From a virus: a stretch of DNA of 64,000 nucleotides. The stretch covers positions 4,447 to 68,446 of IMG/VR virus record IMGVR_UViG_3300037117_000143; one strand, written 5' to 3'. The notes beneath the pieces are model-generated. The model saw only the letters and a list, made by a program, of their open reading frames with translations, did no database searches and was not told where the DNA came from. A program made the translations under genes and the position numbers. Positions 30,874 to 40,940 of this stretch are shown here, piece after piece; position 1 is the stretch's first letter, and each line of letters starts with the position of its first letter.

Positions 30874-30988
30874 TGTGCCATGTGCGCCCGCCGATCACGG
30901 AATTGTTGTGTTGTCGATGGGCTAGACGTGGACGATATTTTTGGGCCCCAGTTCTCAAACGAATGTGACGAAGGTTGGAACCGGCGCC

Positions 30989-31180
30989 GTGACAGAGCAC
31001 ACCTATCTCACCCCACACCTGGCAAAAGAGCAGCTCGCCGCACGCATGCGGCTGGGCCACATCCTCTATCGGCACGTTGACGTCGACGACATGAATCTCA
31101 GCGACGACGCTTTTATTCGGAAGGTGTGGGAGCGCTACCTGGCGTCCCGCGAGACGCCTCTCATTGATCCGGCCGAATAA
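30989..31180 (+). CDS. Hypothetical protein
   Basis: GTG start; converges on the primase gene. Confidence 0.4.
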   Translation: MTEHTYLTPHLAKEQLAARMRLGHILYRHVDVDDMNLSDDAFIRKVWERYLASRETPLIDPAE

Positions 31181-34163
31181 CCTTAAGCCGATCGGCATCG
31201 TTGCGCTTCTTGATTTCCGCCGCAGGGGTGTACGCTTGCGCTGTTTCATCCAACCAGCTGTCCTGTGGGACAGGGATCTCCAACAGGCGTTCTTGTCCAC
31301 CTTGGAATAGGGTACCTGCAGCGAGGTTTGCTCGCCCATCCCGCATTTTATAGAACGTGCGCAAGCCCGCCATGACCATGCTCGGGCTGTGCTTCGTTTT
31401 GTGCAGATGATCGATAAATTGTTTCCGAGAAATTCGCAGCAAGTGCTCGTCAAGCACGAACTGGACATGGATCGGCGCATCAGTGTGTTCCGGGCCGCCA
31501 ACAAAACCAACCTGCTTGCTACGGCCGCCAGCGCCGCGCACCATATCACGGGTTCTGATTGTATTGCCGGCCATGGCTTTGATGAAATGCGTCAAGGCAG
31601 CGGTGATATTTTCCTCCGAGTCTCCGATCAAATCTTCCGAGACGACCCGGTCACGTATGGCTTTGTAGGAGTCGACGAGGAATACGTGAATTTCTTCAGT
31701 GTTGAAGCTAGCTCCAATTGTATTAGCCAATCGAGCACCTGCCAATATTGTGGTGGCAATCGCGAGCCAGAACCTCTCATCCGGCTTGTACGCGACTTCG
31801 TCCGCGAGCTTCTTTTGTGTGTCTGTGACAAATTCCTGCATGGCCTCCGGGTTTGACAGCATGACCTTGGAATAGCGTTCTCCCATTCGCCCATAGTTGG
31901 TCTCCAACTGCTGCTGTAGAATAGTCGCCGCCCACTCCTCGATGCGGCCGGGCGTATTGTCGTCATTCTTGGGAACAAGGAATTCAAAAGTGCGGTAGAT
32001 GCCGGCGGCGTTGCTCTGCTGGTGATCAACCATGTAATCGAACAGACTAACGTTGGAGCAGATCGTCAGCAGCGACTGCCAGCTTCCCACCACCTTCTGC
32101 GAGCGGTCGACATTCATCTTGCCGCCGTCCTTGCCTTGGGTGATATCGACAAGAACCTCGGCGGCCTTCTCGATGGCCTTGGGCAGCGAGACGTCGTCCC
32201 AATAGCACGGCAGGTTATTCAGCTCCGCCATCTTGCCGCGCATGCTGTTCTGTGACGAGCTGGCTACTTCCTTAGTCAATTTCGGATTGCCCCAGACAGC
32301 GGCGCCCACATTCAACGCAGTAGATTTGTTCCCCCCGCTCTGCGAGTACGCGACTAGCGCCCCCGAATAGTGCCCGGTGAAGTGGAGCAAAGGCGATGCA
32401 AAGGCCGCCGCGGCAATACATTCGATCGCCGGCCGATGTTGGTCCGTCACCAGCTTGAGGGCTTTGAACCACGTCTCTATGTCTCCCTGTGGGGTGTAGA
32501 GGGCGCGCACGGCGGGATCACCTGAAGATGATTTCATTGTTGTTCCATCCTTCTTGTTGATGATGCCACCGTAGGCCCAGCCCGTGTCATGGCCGGCTTC
32601 CTTGTACCAGCCATAGGGTACGGTATCACGGGCGGCTTTCATACTGTTGAACCTGTCCATCCACGCCACCATAAACTCCATCAAAAGCTTCGTTGTACCT
32701 GGGCTGTAGAGTACGAATTGTTTTGACAGCGATCCGCCTAGCATGGCCGCTGACGCCAAATCTTTGCTCTCGACCAACACTTCTACCGTGCTACCTTTAT
32801 CCGTAGAAGCGGTGAAATTCAAGCCTCTATTCTTCTGCGTCCAGGGCTCTGTGATCACGCAGTGGAAGAGCGGTATGTCGACCGGCACGGCAGCCGTGCG
32901 CGTTTTCACTATGCGCCCCACGTTGTTGGTGGAGTACCCCAAAGGCAGCTGGAGGTCGTTGGCGAGAGTGCTAGGATTTGAACCTAGATCCGCGGTGGAG
33001 GCCGCTGTTCTATCCGGTTGAACTACACTCCCAAGAATATTAAGCGGCGACTTAATCGTGCCTTTAAGCGGGCAGGCAGCGCACTGTTTGGAACCATATT
33101 GCTCAAACGTCCTACAAGAGGGCCAGCCAAGCTTCTTTTCTTGCTGCTCCGCTTCCTTGCGGTCGTACATCGCATCGGCACCCGCCTCGGTGTAATCCGC
33201 ATGGCCAGTGCTCAGCGTGTGGAAGAGCTCGCGGCCCTTCCGCATGAACGTCGTCGTGAGGGCTGTGAGCATCCACAGCCCCTGATCGTGGTATTTCCCT
33301 CCGGTCAGTATGGTGCCGCGCAGAAACGGGCATTGGTGGAACGCGGGCGCCGGATCTAGGAGATCAACTTCAACGGTCCCAATTTCTTTTTGGTACCCAG
33401 CGGTGAGGATATCGGGTGATCCGGCTTGCGGGGGAAGGTGGCAGAAGATCCACGCGCCAGTCTGAGCCCCCGCAGCCACTCGTTGTTGTCCGGGTACGGC
33501 TTTGATTCCGGCGAACGCTTGCTCGAAGTTGATGTCTTGCGGGGCGAGGAGGAGGAGTTTGACTTCGCGAGGGATTTGCTCTTTTTTATTGTAGGTGCCG
33601 GGGACGCGGAGAATTCGCGCGCAATCGATTGTAACCCCTGCGTCAAATCGGAGACCAAAATGTGTAGCTGCTGTTCGGAGTCCCTCGGCAAATAGGGTCC
33701 AACCCTCAACTGGTAACTCTTTAGAAGAGATCCAATAGCAGTGTACTCCACCTCCAGATCCAACAAGAGCTGTCGGGGAAGGTAAATTTTCGGCGGCGCA
33801 GAAGGCCTTGATTGCTTGGAGGGCTTCGGTGACACTGGCATATCCTTTCTCTTTGACATCTAGGTCAAGCCAAATGGCTTTAAGTGCAACCGTGTTGAGG
33901 TGATTTCGGAGTGCGTGCGCGCGACCATTGACTATTTTCCCTATGTCTTTCTGCCGGCCTAGGCAGAAGTAGATGTCCTTCGCCATGCCCGGATGCGTCT
34001 TGGCCCACTCGACACCTTTCATGAAGTCGGCGAGCGTCTGAAACGGCAGGCCGGCCATACCCTGCCGCTTCACCATAGAATAATGCAAGTTGATGTAGCC
34101 GGGTTCATCACCCGGCCACGCCATTACTCGCCTTAGAAATTCCGCAATACTCGGCGCCACCAT
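31161..34163 (-). CDS. Primase-polymerase / DUF927-type helicase fusion
   Basis: WLDLD, VGSGGGVHCYW, DCARILRVPGTYN; Zn motif C...CAACP; degenerate Walker A SQSGGNKST; QGKDGGKM. Confidence 0.88.
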   Translation of the reverse strand: MVAPSIAEFLRRVMAWPGDEPGYINLHYSMVKRQGMAGLPFQTLADFMKGVEWAKTHPGMAKDIYFCLGRQKDIGKIVNGRAHALRNHLNTVALKAIWLDLDVKEKGYASVTEALQAIKAFCAAENLPSPTALVGSGGGVHCYWISSKELPVEGWTLFAEGLRTAATHFGLRFDAGVTIDCARILRVPGTYNKKEQIPREVKLLLLAPQDINFEQAFAGIKAVPGQQRVAAGAQTGAWIFCHLPPQAGSPDILTAGYQKEIGTVEVDLLDPAPAFHQCPFLRGTILTGGKYHDQGLWMLTALTTTFMRKGRELFHTLSTGHADYTEAGADAMYDRKEAEQQEKKLGWPSCRTFEQYGSKQCAACPLKGTIKSPLNILGSVVQPDRTAASTADLGSNPSTLANDLQLPLGYSTNNVGRIVKTRTAAVPVDIPLFHCVITEPWTQKNRGLNFTASTDKGSTVEVLVESKDLASAAMLGGSLSKQFVLYSPGTTKLLMEFMVAWMDRFNSMKAARDTVPYGWYKEAGHDTGWAYGGIINKKDGTTMKSSSGDPAVRALYTPQGDIETWFKALKLVTDQHRPAIECIAAAAFASPLLHFTGHYSGALVAYSQSGGNKSTALNVGAAVWGNPKLTKEVASSSQNSMRGKMAELNNLPCYWDDVSLPKAIEKAAEVLVDITQGKDGGKMNVDRSQKVVGSWQSLLTICSNVSLFDYMVDHQQSNAAGIYRTFEFLVPKNDDNTPGRIEEWAATILQQQLETNYGRMGERYSKVMLSNPEAMQEFVTDTQKKLADEVAYKPDERFWLAIATTILAGARLANTIGASFNTEEIHVFLVDSYKAIRDRVVSEDLIGDSEENITAALTHFIKAMAGNTIRTRDMVRGAGGRSKQVGFVGGPEHTDAPIHVQFVLDEHLLRISRKQFIDHLHKTKHSPSMVMAGLRTFYKMRDGRANLAAGTLFQGGQERLLEIPVPQDSWLDETAQAYTPAAEIKKRNDADRLKVIRPDQ

Positions 34164-34165
34164 TG

Positions 34166-35419
34166 TTAGCGGGGCAGCAGCGCTGCAATTGCATCATCAA
34201 GCGCGCTGTCTGCTTGATCTGGCTCCCCGGTGTCAATTGACGCGGCCACCGTCTGCGTAGCGGCAGGCGCTGCGGACGTCGTCTGCGGTGTCCCAGAAGG
34301 CGTCGCGACCTGTGAGGCCGCTGCGCTCGCCGGGGCAGTCGTCCCACCCAGCCCAGTATCGATCGAGGCCGGCGGAGTGGGCGGAGTAGGGTTTACCTTT
34401 AACTCCAACGTCTTCACGGGAGCAGCGGCTTTCTCGAGCTCGTCAGCTTCTTTGCGGATGGCCGTTAGACGTGCCTGCCGATCGGCTTCCAGCTTGAAAG
34501 CAAGAGCCGCTCGCTCAGTATCGGCTTGGGCGATCGCTACCTCTGGCGCAACCTGCTGCACTGCCTCCTTAGCCTGCTGAACAGCACTCGGCTTATTGCC
34601 AAGATAGTGGTCCGGCGCAGGCTTATCCTGCTCCTGCACGAGGCCTGTATCGGCGGCCGGCGCGAGCTGCACCAGCTTCGGAGCGCTTTGCCCTGTCGTA
34701 TCGCCACCGCAAATACGGAACGACATTGGATCGTCCCGTAATTCGATAACTTTCGCGGCTTCCTTATCCGTTAGCTTCTGGATCGCCGTGAACCGCATTT
34801 TCGGATACGCCTTGTCCGGGTCGAAGTCGATCCGGGTGATAAAGGCGAAATAGGCATAGCCCATGCGCTTCGTGGCGTCGCCCATCTGGCTGAGCCCCTG
34901 CAGCGAAGCAGCGGGGACGCGCAGGAACACCGGCTCGATCAGCGGCACGCCAAGGAGCTTCTCGGTCTGCTTCGGCATCGGAACGACGGAGAGACGCTTG
35001 GCGTCGTTGCATTCCTTGACCTTGATGCCCTTCTCATTAAGCTTGAACACGTTGCGCGGGCACATACCGCACGTCTCGGATTGCTTGTGCAGCACCCCGA
35101 TATCCGGCACGATATTGTCGGATGACGTGCATACGGGCGCGTCCTTGCTTCCCTCTTCGTAATTCTCGAAGTAGGCCTTGGACTTATTCTGCGCCTGCCG
35201 CAGAATGATAACGTCGAGAAACGGCGAGGGATAGCCCTTCTCGTCGACGAACGTATGTTCTTCGCCGCGGACCTGGATCTTCCAAACTTTACCTTTGTAT
35301 CTAATTAAGGGATATCCACCCCCAATTCCATCAGAGAGCGATTCATCCATTCCCATCCCCGCAAATGCAGCGGCGGGGCCACCTTCAAAACCCTTAGTAT
35401 TAACTAGTTCCTGAGCCAT
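34166..35419 (-). CDS. Single-stranded DNA-binding protein (putative)
   Basis: LDVII, SKAYF..Y, PVC.S.D, C..CP.N, C...KRLSV, LRVPAASL; acidic C-terminus. Confidence 0.7.
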   Translation of the reverse strand: MAQELVNTKGFEGGPAAAFAGMGMDESLSDGIGGGYPLIRYKGKVWKIQVRGEEHTFVDEKGYPSPFLDVIILRQAQNKSKAYFENYEEGSKDAPVCTSSDNIVPDIGVLHKQSETCGMCPRNVFKLNEKGIKVKECNDAKRLSVVPMPKQTEKLLGVPLIEPVFLRVPAASLQGLSQMGDATKRMGYAYFAFITRIDFDPDKAYPKMRFTAIQKLTDKEAAKVIELRDDPMSFRICGGDTTGQSAPKLVQLAPAADTGLVQEQDKPAPDHYLGNKPSAVQQAKEAVQQVAPEVAIAQADTERAALAFKLEADRQARLTAIRKEADELEKAAAPVKTLELKVNPTPPTPPASIDTGLGGTTAPASAAASQVATPSGTPQTTSAAPAATQTVAASIDTGEPDQADSALDDAIAALLPR

Positions 35420-35848
35420 CTAGGCCTCCTGGTTATTTGTGCGGGACAGATAGTCGATAGCATCTTTAAGGCGCACAACGCTATCCCTAAAATGCCCCAA
35501 ACCAACATTGCATGTGTGGCATAGAATACCGCGCACAACATTGGTTTCATGGTTGTGATCAATGTGCCAATTGTTTCCATTTGGCTTGTCGCTTTTGCAG
35601 CAGGCGCAACGACGCCCCTGCGCCATGAACATGCGATCGTACTCAGCTATCGTGATGCCGTACTCCCGTTTAAGTTTGGCGCGTCGCATATAAATTTTCC
35701 ACTTTTCCGGATTAGCCTTTGCCCACGCCCTATTCCGCGCTCGGATACGACCTGGATCGGCAGCGTGATAGCCTCGCTGCAACTCAGCGTGGCGAGTTAG
35801 TTGGGCTTTAGTCCTCATCGTTTTCCGAAGCTCCTGGACGCCTGACAC
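35420..35848 (-). CDS. Endonuclease VII-type HNH homing endonuclease
   Basis: YGIT..EY, QGRRCACC, IDHNHET..VRGILCHTCN.GLG.F.D. Confidence 0.9.
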   Translation of the reverse strand: MSGVQELRKTMRTKAQLTRHAELQRGYHAADPGRIRARNRAWAKANPEKWKIYMRRAKLKREYGITIAEYDRMFMAQGRRCACCKSDKPNGNNWHIDHNHETNVVRGILCHTCNVGLGHFRDSVVRLKDAIDYLSRTNNQEA

Positions 35849-36245
35849 CTACTTTTGCTATCGCATTTATCGCGACGCCCGGTAGCGGAGCGCCATTTTC
35901 CTTCTCGAAATCTCGGGCGGCTTGCACATTGCACTTCCAATCGAGAAGATCGTAGTTTGCCGTGCCGATGACGTGTCTGGAGAACTCCTGCTTGTCTTTG
36001 ATCGAGGCGCTGTACTTGGTGGTTGAGTAGAACGTGCCCGTCTTGCAGGCACCCCTAATCTGACCGGTCTTATCTAAAAAAGTCTGAAGGATGCCCTCGA
36101 TTGTCGTCATCGCCAGTTTCTTTTTGGCGATCCGCTCCTTATGCGCTACCTCTTGTGCCTTGACCCAATCGCGGCACTGGATGTAGAGGGCCACCATGGC
36201 GTCGACCTTCTCGAGATCGAGCGGGCTGGCAACTTCTTCGGTCAT
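35808..36245 (-). CDS. Conserved replication-module protein
   Basis: YIQCRD...GTFY...PLPGV pattern, typically adjacent to SSB; SD GGAG. Confidence 0.7.
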   Translation of the reverse strand: MTEEVASPLDLEKVDAMVALYIQCRDWVKAQEVAHKERIAKKKLAMTTIEGILQTFLDKTGQIRGACKTGTFYSTTKYSASIKDKQEFSRHVIGTANYDLLDWKCNVQAARDFEKENGAPLPGVAINAIAKVGVRRPGASENDED

Positions 36246-36682
36246 CGCACACTCCAACTTCTCTGCTTTTGGATATCGTAGATAGTAGCCCTGCTTACTC
36301 CAAATTCTGCAGCAAGAGCTAGAACATTTCCAGGGTGTTGTCGAGAACCAATTTGTACGCGACGCCGAATATCACGCGCCTGTGATAGCGAAATTACATT
36401 GCGCCGGTTGCGATTTTGAGTTAGGCGTGTAGCCCACCGCCAGTTGTTCGGGCCATAGTCGTTGTTGTTCTTGGGTCGGTCAAGAGCCCATCCTTTTCCT
36501 GGGTGCGGGCCTACATCTAGCGCGAACAGTTCAAAGCTATTCCATCTCTTGTGTATTTTTATCCCTCGGCCACCATAATTCGCCCAACACAACGCATTTG
36601 GATTGTTACAGCGGGCACGCATATTACTCCATGCGCAGTATAGGGGGCTGTTACTCGAGTTTAACCCATGGCGATATTTCAT
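36242..36682 (-). CDS. HNH-related homing endonuclease with C-terminal HTH
   Basis: AWSNMRARC, YGGRGI, LDR..NN..Y.P.N.RWAT...QNRN. Confidence 0.85.
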   Translation of the reverse strand: MKYRHGLNSSNSPLYCAWSNMRARCNNPNALCWANYGGRGIKIHKRWNSFELFALDVGPHPGKGWALDRPKNNNDYGPNNWRWATRLTQNRNRRNVISLSQARDIRRRVQIGSRQHPGNVLALAAEFGVSRATIYDIQKQRSWSVR

Positions 36683-38241
36683 TTGGCTGCTGTCGCCTCT
36701 TCCAACATATTAAGCAGCTTCTCCTGCAACGCTTCTTTCGCAGCCAACATCTTATAGCAGCGTTTCTCTTCTCTCGTCGCCTGCATCATAAGGATCTGCT
36801 GCTTGTGGCGCTGCCCTACACGAATTATCCGGGCATTTGCTTGCATGTAGATCTCATTGGACAACGTTGGCGCTGCCCAGATAATGGTGTCCGCGGCGGT
36901 TAGGGTCACGCCGTGGTGGCACGTCTTTGGATGCGCCAACAACACTTTGTATTGGTCGGTATTTTGAAAAGCGTGAAAAATATCCTCTCGGTTCGTGGTA
37001 TCGCCGTGGATGACAGCGTGATCAAAGTCCACTTTTAAACGGGTGAATATATCGCTAATCCCTTCGATCATATGACGCCACGGGCAGAACACAATAACCT
37101 TATGGGCCGACGACTCAATTTCGGTGATCAGAGCAGCGATCCTTGGTGCGGCATCAATCCTGACAAACTGTGGATTATTAGTGTATATCCAGCCCCCTGC
37201 AACCTGCAATAATTTACTGAGCGCGACTCCCGCATTCACCGCGCTGATCGTCTTGTTTTGGACGAGCGCCACCAACTCGGTTTTGATCTTCTTGTGGACT
37301 CGTTTCTGTTGAGCGCTGAGTTCAACGTCGATATTACGATAGATCGTCTCCGGGAGCTCGGTAACATCATCCAACGCATAGCGGACATTAGGTTGTAGAA
37401 TTTGGAACGCATGTTCAACTGCCTCCGGTCGCGGTTTCCAAATATATTGCGATATCTGGACCATGAGGATATCGCGCATAGCTTTGAAGTATTTTGGAAC
37501 ACTGGTGGGCCTCACAATCTTTGCCTGTGACCAAATATCGGTAGGGGCCTGTGGCATAGGGTCTCCACTCATTCCCCAGACAATACCAAATCTCTGAGCG
37601 AAGCGACGCATGTGCTTAGATCGGTCCGAATTATTGCGGTAGACGGCGAGCTCGTCAATACAGAGGCAGTCAATATCACTGCGCATTTCAAGCTCTTTCG
37701 AGATCACCCTTAATCCATCATGGTTACAAACGTATATATCTGCTTCCTCAGCCAACTTGTCAAGCCTTTGTTTCTTCGTGCCATGGAGCACCGCGACCTT
37801 TCTGTTCAGTTTGATCTTGAATACTTCCGCTGCCCAGGTGAAATGGAGCGTCGACAGTGGCGCTACAACGAGCAACTTCTTGCACATGCCTGTCTTGTTC
37901 AGATAGTCCCAGGCCCACAGCGCCGTGCGCGTCTTGCCGGTGCCCTTGTCGTTGAGGTTGTAGAACCGCGGGTTCTCCGACATCTTCTCACAGGTGTCGA
38001 ACTGCGTCTCGAACGGTGGCTCGTCAACCGGGTGCGGGAAATCGTAGTACAGCCGCATCGGCGATGGCACCTTGTGCCCCAGCTTGCGCAGGAGGATCGT
38101 GTTGGCAACATTATGCGGGAGCAGAACCGTTTCAACGTGCTCAGAATACGTTGGGCCCGCGGGCGCGCCGGGGAACAGCGCCTCTGTGCCGGGGAGTGGC
38201 ACGACGAGCATTTGGTGTTTATGCGAGACGATCGCGGGCAC
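36679..38241 (-). CDS. SNF2/DEAD-like helicase
   Basis: GTGKT, LVVAPLS, IDE, MSGDP, HGVTLTAA, QANARIIRVGQ. Confidence 0.9.
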   Translation of the reverse strand: MPAIVSHKHQMLVVPLPGTEALFPGAPAGPTYSEHVETVLLPHNVANTILLRKLGHKVPSPMRLYYDFPHPVDEPPFETQFDTCEKMSENPRFYNLNDKGTGKTRTALWAWDYLNKTGMCKKLLVVAPLSTLHFTWAAEVFKIKLNRKVAVLHGTKKQRLDKLAEEADIYVCNHDGLRVISKELEMRSDIDCLCIDELAVYRNNSDRSKHMRRFAQRFGIVWGMSGDPMPQAPTDIWSQAKIVRPTSVPKYFKAMRDILMVQISQYIWKPRPEAVEHAFQILQPNVRYALDDVTELPETIYRNIDVELSAQQKRVHKKIKTELVALVQNKTISAVNAGVALSKLLQVAGGWIYTNNPQFVRIDAAPRIAALITEIESSAHKVIVFCPWRHMIEGISDIFTRLKVDFDHAVIHGDTTNREDIFHAFQNTDQYKVLLAHPKTCHHGVTLTAADTIIWAAPTLSNEIYMQANARIIRVGQRHKQQILMMQATREEKRCYKMLAAKEALQEKLLNMLEEATAAK

Positions 38242-38539
38242 GGATTTTCTTTCTGATATCTTTGATGACCATTTCCACCAGCTCGGCGCTGTCTACCACA
38301 TAACAAATGCCGCCGGCGGCACGAATTGCTGCGATGGTTAAGTCTTGTCGCGGAGTCGGCTCTTTGCCAGGCGCCTTGGTTTCAATCCAAAACCAAAGAC
38401 CGTCGACACAATACAACACGTCCAGCGTAGGCGAGCCCATGCCGTTCTGCACAGGAGCGAAGCGATACATGAGCGTGTTGAACTCGTCAGCGAGACGGCG
38501 CTTTACTATATCCTTGATTCTTTTTTCTGGCGTCGGCAT
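38219..38539 (-). CDS. VRR-NUC domain nuclease
   Basis: TPEKRIK, G.PTLD, WIETKAPGK.PTPRQ, AAGG. Confidence 0.88.
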   Translation of the reverse strand: MPTPEKRIKDIVKRRLADEFNTLMYRFAPVQNGMGSPTLDVLYCVDGLWFWIETKAPGKEPTPRQDLTIAAIRAAGGICYVVDSAELVEMVIKDIRKKIRARDRLA

Positions 38540-38720
38540 CTTCTCTCCATTTTCTTTGGGCCTCTATGTGCTCTAGCATGGCTCGCAGGGCAGCAGTCTC
38601 GTGTTCGTGAGGCCCGTGCCGGTACTGGTTAGCATCCAGCCAATACCAACCGTCGACATCCGGATAAGGATTACGCAGGGGCCAGTCGGTCACCGGCGTA
38701 TCGTTGCCTGATACGCCCAC
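38487..38720 (-). CDS. Hypothetical protein
   Basis: GWYWLD...HGP motif; overlaps both neighbours. Confidence 0.45.
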   Translation of the reverse strand: MGVSGNDTPVTDWPLRNPYPDVDGWYWLDANQYRHGPHEHETAALRAMLEHIEAQRKWREDADARKKNQGYSKAPSR

Positions 38721-39007
38721 ACGTGTGGCCCTACGCGCTTCTGCGTCAAGAGAACACGGCCAACTTCGTAGGCCTCATAGACAGCCCCGGCGAGGCTATT
38801 CAGTTTGCTCTTATCGGCCTTTGTCAGTTTAGTGTTGTAGGCGCGATCGTACATGAGATCGCCCTCGTAGTACAAAAGCGTCTGGCCCGGCTTGGCATTT
38901 TCTAACGCCAGCCGAAACGCTTTAATCGTGTCGACCACGATCGGTATAGGAGAGGAGGGCCTAGTCATAGGAGGGGTGTTGGTTACTATAATCGCGGGCA
39001 TCGTCAA
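38690..39007 (-). CDS. Hypothetical protein
   Basis: AKPGQ...YYEGDL..DR...V.LTQKR pattern. Confidence 0.65.
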   Translation of the reverse strand: MTMPAIIVTNTPPMTRPSSPIPIVVDTIKAFRLALENAKPGQTLLYYEGDLMYDRAYNTKLTKADKSKLNSLAGAVYEAYEVGRVLLTQKRVGPHVWAYQATIRR

Positions 39008-39405
39008 TCTCTCCAGGTCTGTTCTCTTATTACGTGGGATATCGTTTGGCAGGAAACACCAAACTCAACCGCTAGCCGCGGCCCACTACCACGTATATAG
39101 CAACTTCTTATAGTCCGAACGTTGTCTTTTGTGAGCTTATTGACACGTCGGTTTTGGCTTTGGGTAGATGGCGTAGCCCACCGACAATTGGCTTTGCAAT
39201 AGTTTTGGTCGTTCTTTTCCCGCTCAAGAGACCAACCTTTGCCAGGGTGCGGACCCATATCCGCAGCGAAGACAGCGAAGTCATCCCACTCGGGGCATAT
39301 CGTAATGCCACGACCTCCGTAATTTGGCCATTCTGGGTTATTCAAATTAAAGCAACGTGCGCGCATGCCCGCCCACGCCGTGTACAGACGCGTGACTCGG
39401 GGCAT
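39004..39405 (-). CDS. HNH-related homing endonuclease with C-terminal HTH
   Basis: AWAGMRARC, YGGRGITIC.EW, NCRWAT; paralogue of 36242 and 40488. Confidence 0.85.
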   Translation of the reverse strand: MPRVTRLYTAWAGMRARCFNLNNPEWPNYGGRGITICPEWDDFAVFAADMGPHPGKGWSLEREKNDQNYCKANCRWATPSTQSQNRRVNKLTKDNVRTIRSCYIRGSGPRLAVEFGVSCQTISHVIREQTWRD

Positions 39406-39820
39406 GGTGGCCCCCGTGGTGGTGCCCGTGGTGGTGCCCGTGGTGGTGCCCGTGGTGGTGCCCGTGGTGGTGATGGCCATGGTGGTGTACCTTGTGGTGG
39501 TGTTTCTTGGGGTGGTGCTTTACGGCATGAGGGCTGCGATGAACAGCAGACTGCAGATGATGAACGTGGCCATGCACACAGTGAACGCGATGATTTCTAG
39601 GTTTTGTTGGTTCGGCATGTTTCTTCTCCTTGGCCACTGAGTACGATACCGCGATCGGCTTGGCAACAATTTTCTGCGCGTGCGGCGCAGGCAGATAGTG
39701 CACGGGTACCGGCTTGGCATGGTGGCCGACTCCAAACGTGACAAAGGCTATCACCGCCAACGCGACAATCGCAGCCACGGGAAACACGAGCCAACTATAT
39801 TTCAAAGATGGCAACGTCAT
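39347..39820 (-). CDS. Membrane-anchored His-rich protein
   Basis: N-terminal transmembrane helix; C-terminal (GHHH)n; ATGA-coupled to the exonuclease gene. Confidence 0.55.
   Translation of the reverse strand: MTLPSLKYSWLVFPVAAIVALAVIAFVTFGVGHHAKPVPVHYLPAPHAQKIVAKPIAVSYSVAKEKKHAEPTKPRNHRVHCVHGHVHHLQSAVHRSPHAVKHHPKKHHHKVHHHGHHHHGHHHGHHHGHHHGHHHGGHHAPSHASVHGVGGHARTLL
39413..39472. repeat. 12-bp tandem repeat x5
   Basis: CCCGTGGTGGTG x5. Confidence 0.9.
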
Positions 39821-40497
39821 CGAGGCGTTCCTTTGCCGTGGAATTCACAGTCGGTGCAAGGACACCATTTTATACAGAGCCCGCTCGGCGTTTTCGGGTA
39901 GTGTTGCGTGGCAAACGCACTTTCAAGACTCCCAATTCTGTCAAGTACGCTTGCCCGAAGGGCAGTAGCCACACTTTCTCTCGTGAAAGTATCGGAAGTC
40001 GTACAGTCGTCCGGTAACCAAACGAATGTCGTGCGGATTCTCTCGATGTCTTGGTGATGTGCAAAAGCACAGACTGCATTAAGGAGCAACTGGACGCTGT
40101 CATGTTTTTGGGATCCCGTTTTCCAATCAATAAGTGCGGCGCGCTTGTTGTCGTGGTCTACCTTTAGAACGTCAAGCCGGGCGCGCCACCAACAAGTAGG
40201 GCCGAAGTACTCGCTTGGCGTAAGGTCTCGCGCTAGAGCATATTTCATTTCAACAAACAACTCTCCAGGCAGCAGATTGATCATTGTGATCCACTTCTGC
40301 CACGGCTTCATCGCTGCCGGTAGAGGCTGGCCAGACTTCAGCGCGTGCTCGAGAGCCGTATGACATTTGTTCCCCCACACCAGCTGCTCAGATGATTCCT
40401 TGTACTTTTTAAGTACATCAACTTGCTCATATTTATATGGGCAACTTTCGAACGCTTTTAGCTTAGAGAAACTACCTGTGAACGGTTTCATTTCCAA
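39817..40497 (-). CDS. PD-(D/E)XK (Cas4/RecB-like) exonuclease
   Basis: SFSKLKAFESCP, G...H..LE, RARLD, IDWKTG, QL, CIKWCPC..C. Confidence 0.88.
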   Translation of the reverse strand: MEMKPFTGSFSKLKAFESCPYKYEQVDVLKKYKESSEQLVWGNKCHTALEHALKSGQPLPAAMKPWQKWITMINLLPGELFVEMKYALARDLTPSEYFGPTCWWRARLDVLKVDHDNKRAALIDWKTGSQKHDSVQLLLNAVCAFAHHQDIERIRTTFVWLPDDCTTSDTFTRESVATALRASVLDRIGSLESAFATQHYPKTPSGLCIKWCPCTDCEFHGKGTPR

Positions 40498-40940
40498 AAG
40501 GCCCGCCGTGCCACGTTGAGAATTTCAACTTGGGAGACGCCAAGCTCAATAGCAAGAACCGCACTGTTGCCCGTATCCACTTGGTTTACCCCTCGAACAT
40601 ATCGCCGGCGTATGTAGGTCACTTTCTCGCTTGTAAGTTTAGTGGTGCGCCGATTGCGGCTCTGCATGGCTCGTGTTGCCCAGCGACAATTAGCTGGCTC
40701 ATAATTGCCGTTGTTATTAATCCGATCTAAAGTCCATCCTTTACCGGGATGCGGACCCATATCCGCAGCGAAGTTCTCAAAGCTATCCCATCGCTTACAA
40801 ATGCTAATGCCGCGGCCACCATAGTATGAATAGTCGGCGCTGCGCGGGTTGTTACAGCGGGCGCGCATATGTTGCCACGCGATATAGCGCCTGCTCCCGC
40901 CGTTCGCCTTAGAGCCTTCTCCGTGGCGTATTTTTGTCAC
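40488..40940 (-). CDS. HNH-related homing endonuclease with C-terminal HTH
   Basis: AWQHMRARC, YGGRGISIC.RW, TLDRINNNGNYEP.NCRWAT. Confidence 0.88.
   Translation of the reverse strand: MTKIRHGEGSKANGGSRRYIAWQHMRARCNNPRSADYSYYGGRGISICKRWDSFENFAADMGPHPGKGWTLDRINNNGNYEPANCRWATRAMQSRNRRTTKLTSEKVTYIRRRYVRGVNQVDTGNSAVLAIELGVSQVEILNVARRAFWK

Noticed and set aside
39817-40497. Cas4-like nuclease as evidence of CRISPR-Cas
   Set aside because: It is a stand-alone phage exonuclease in the replication module; there is no array.
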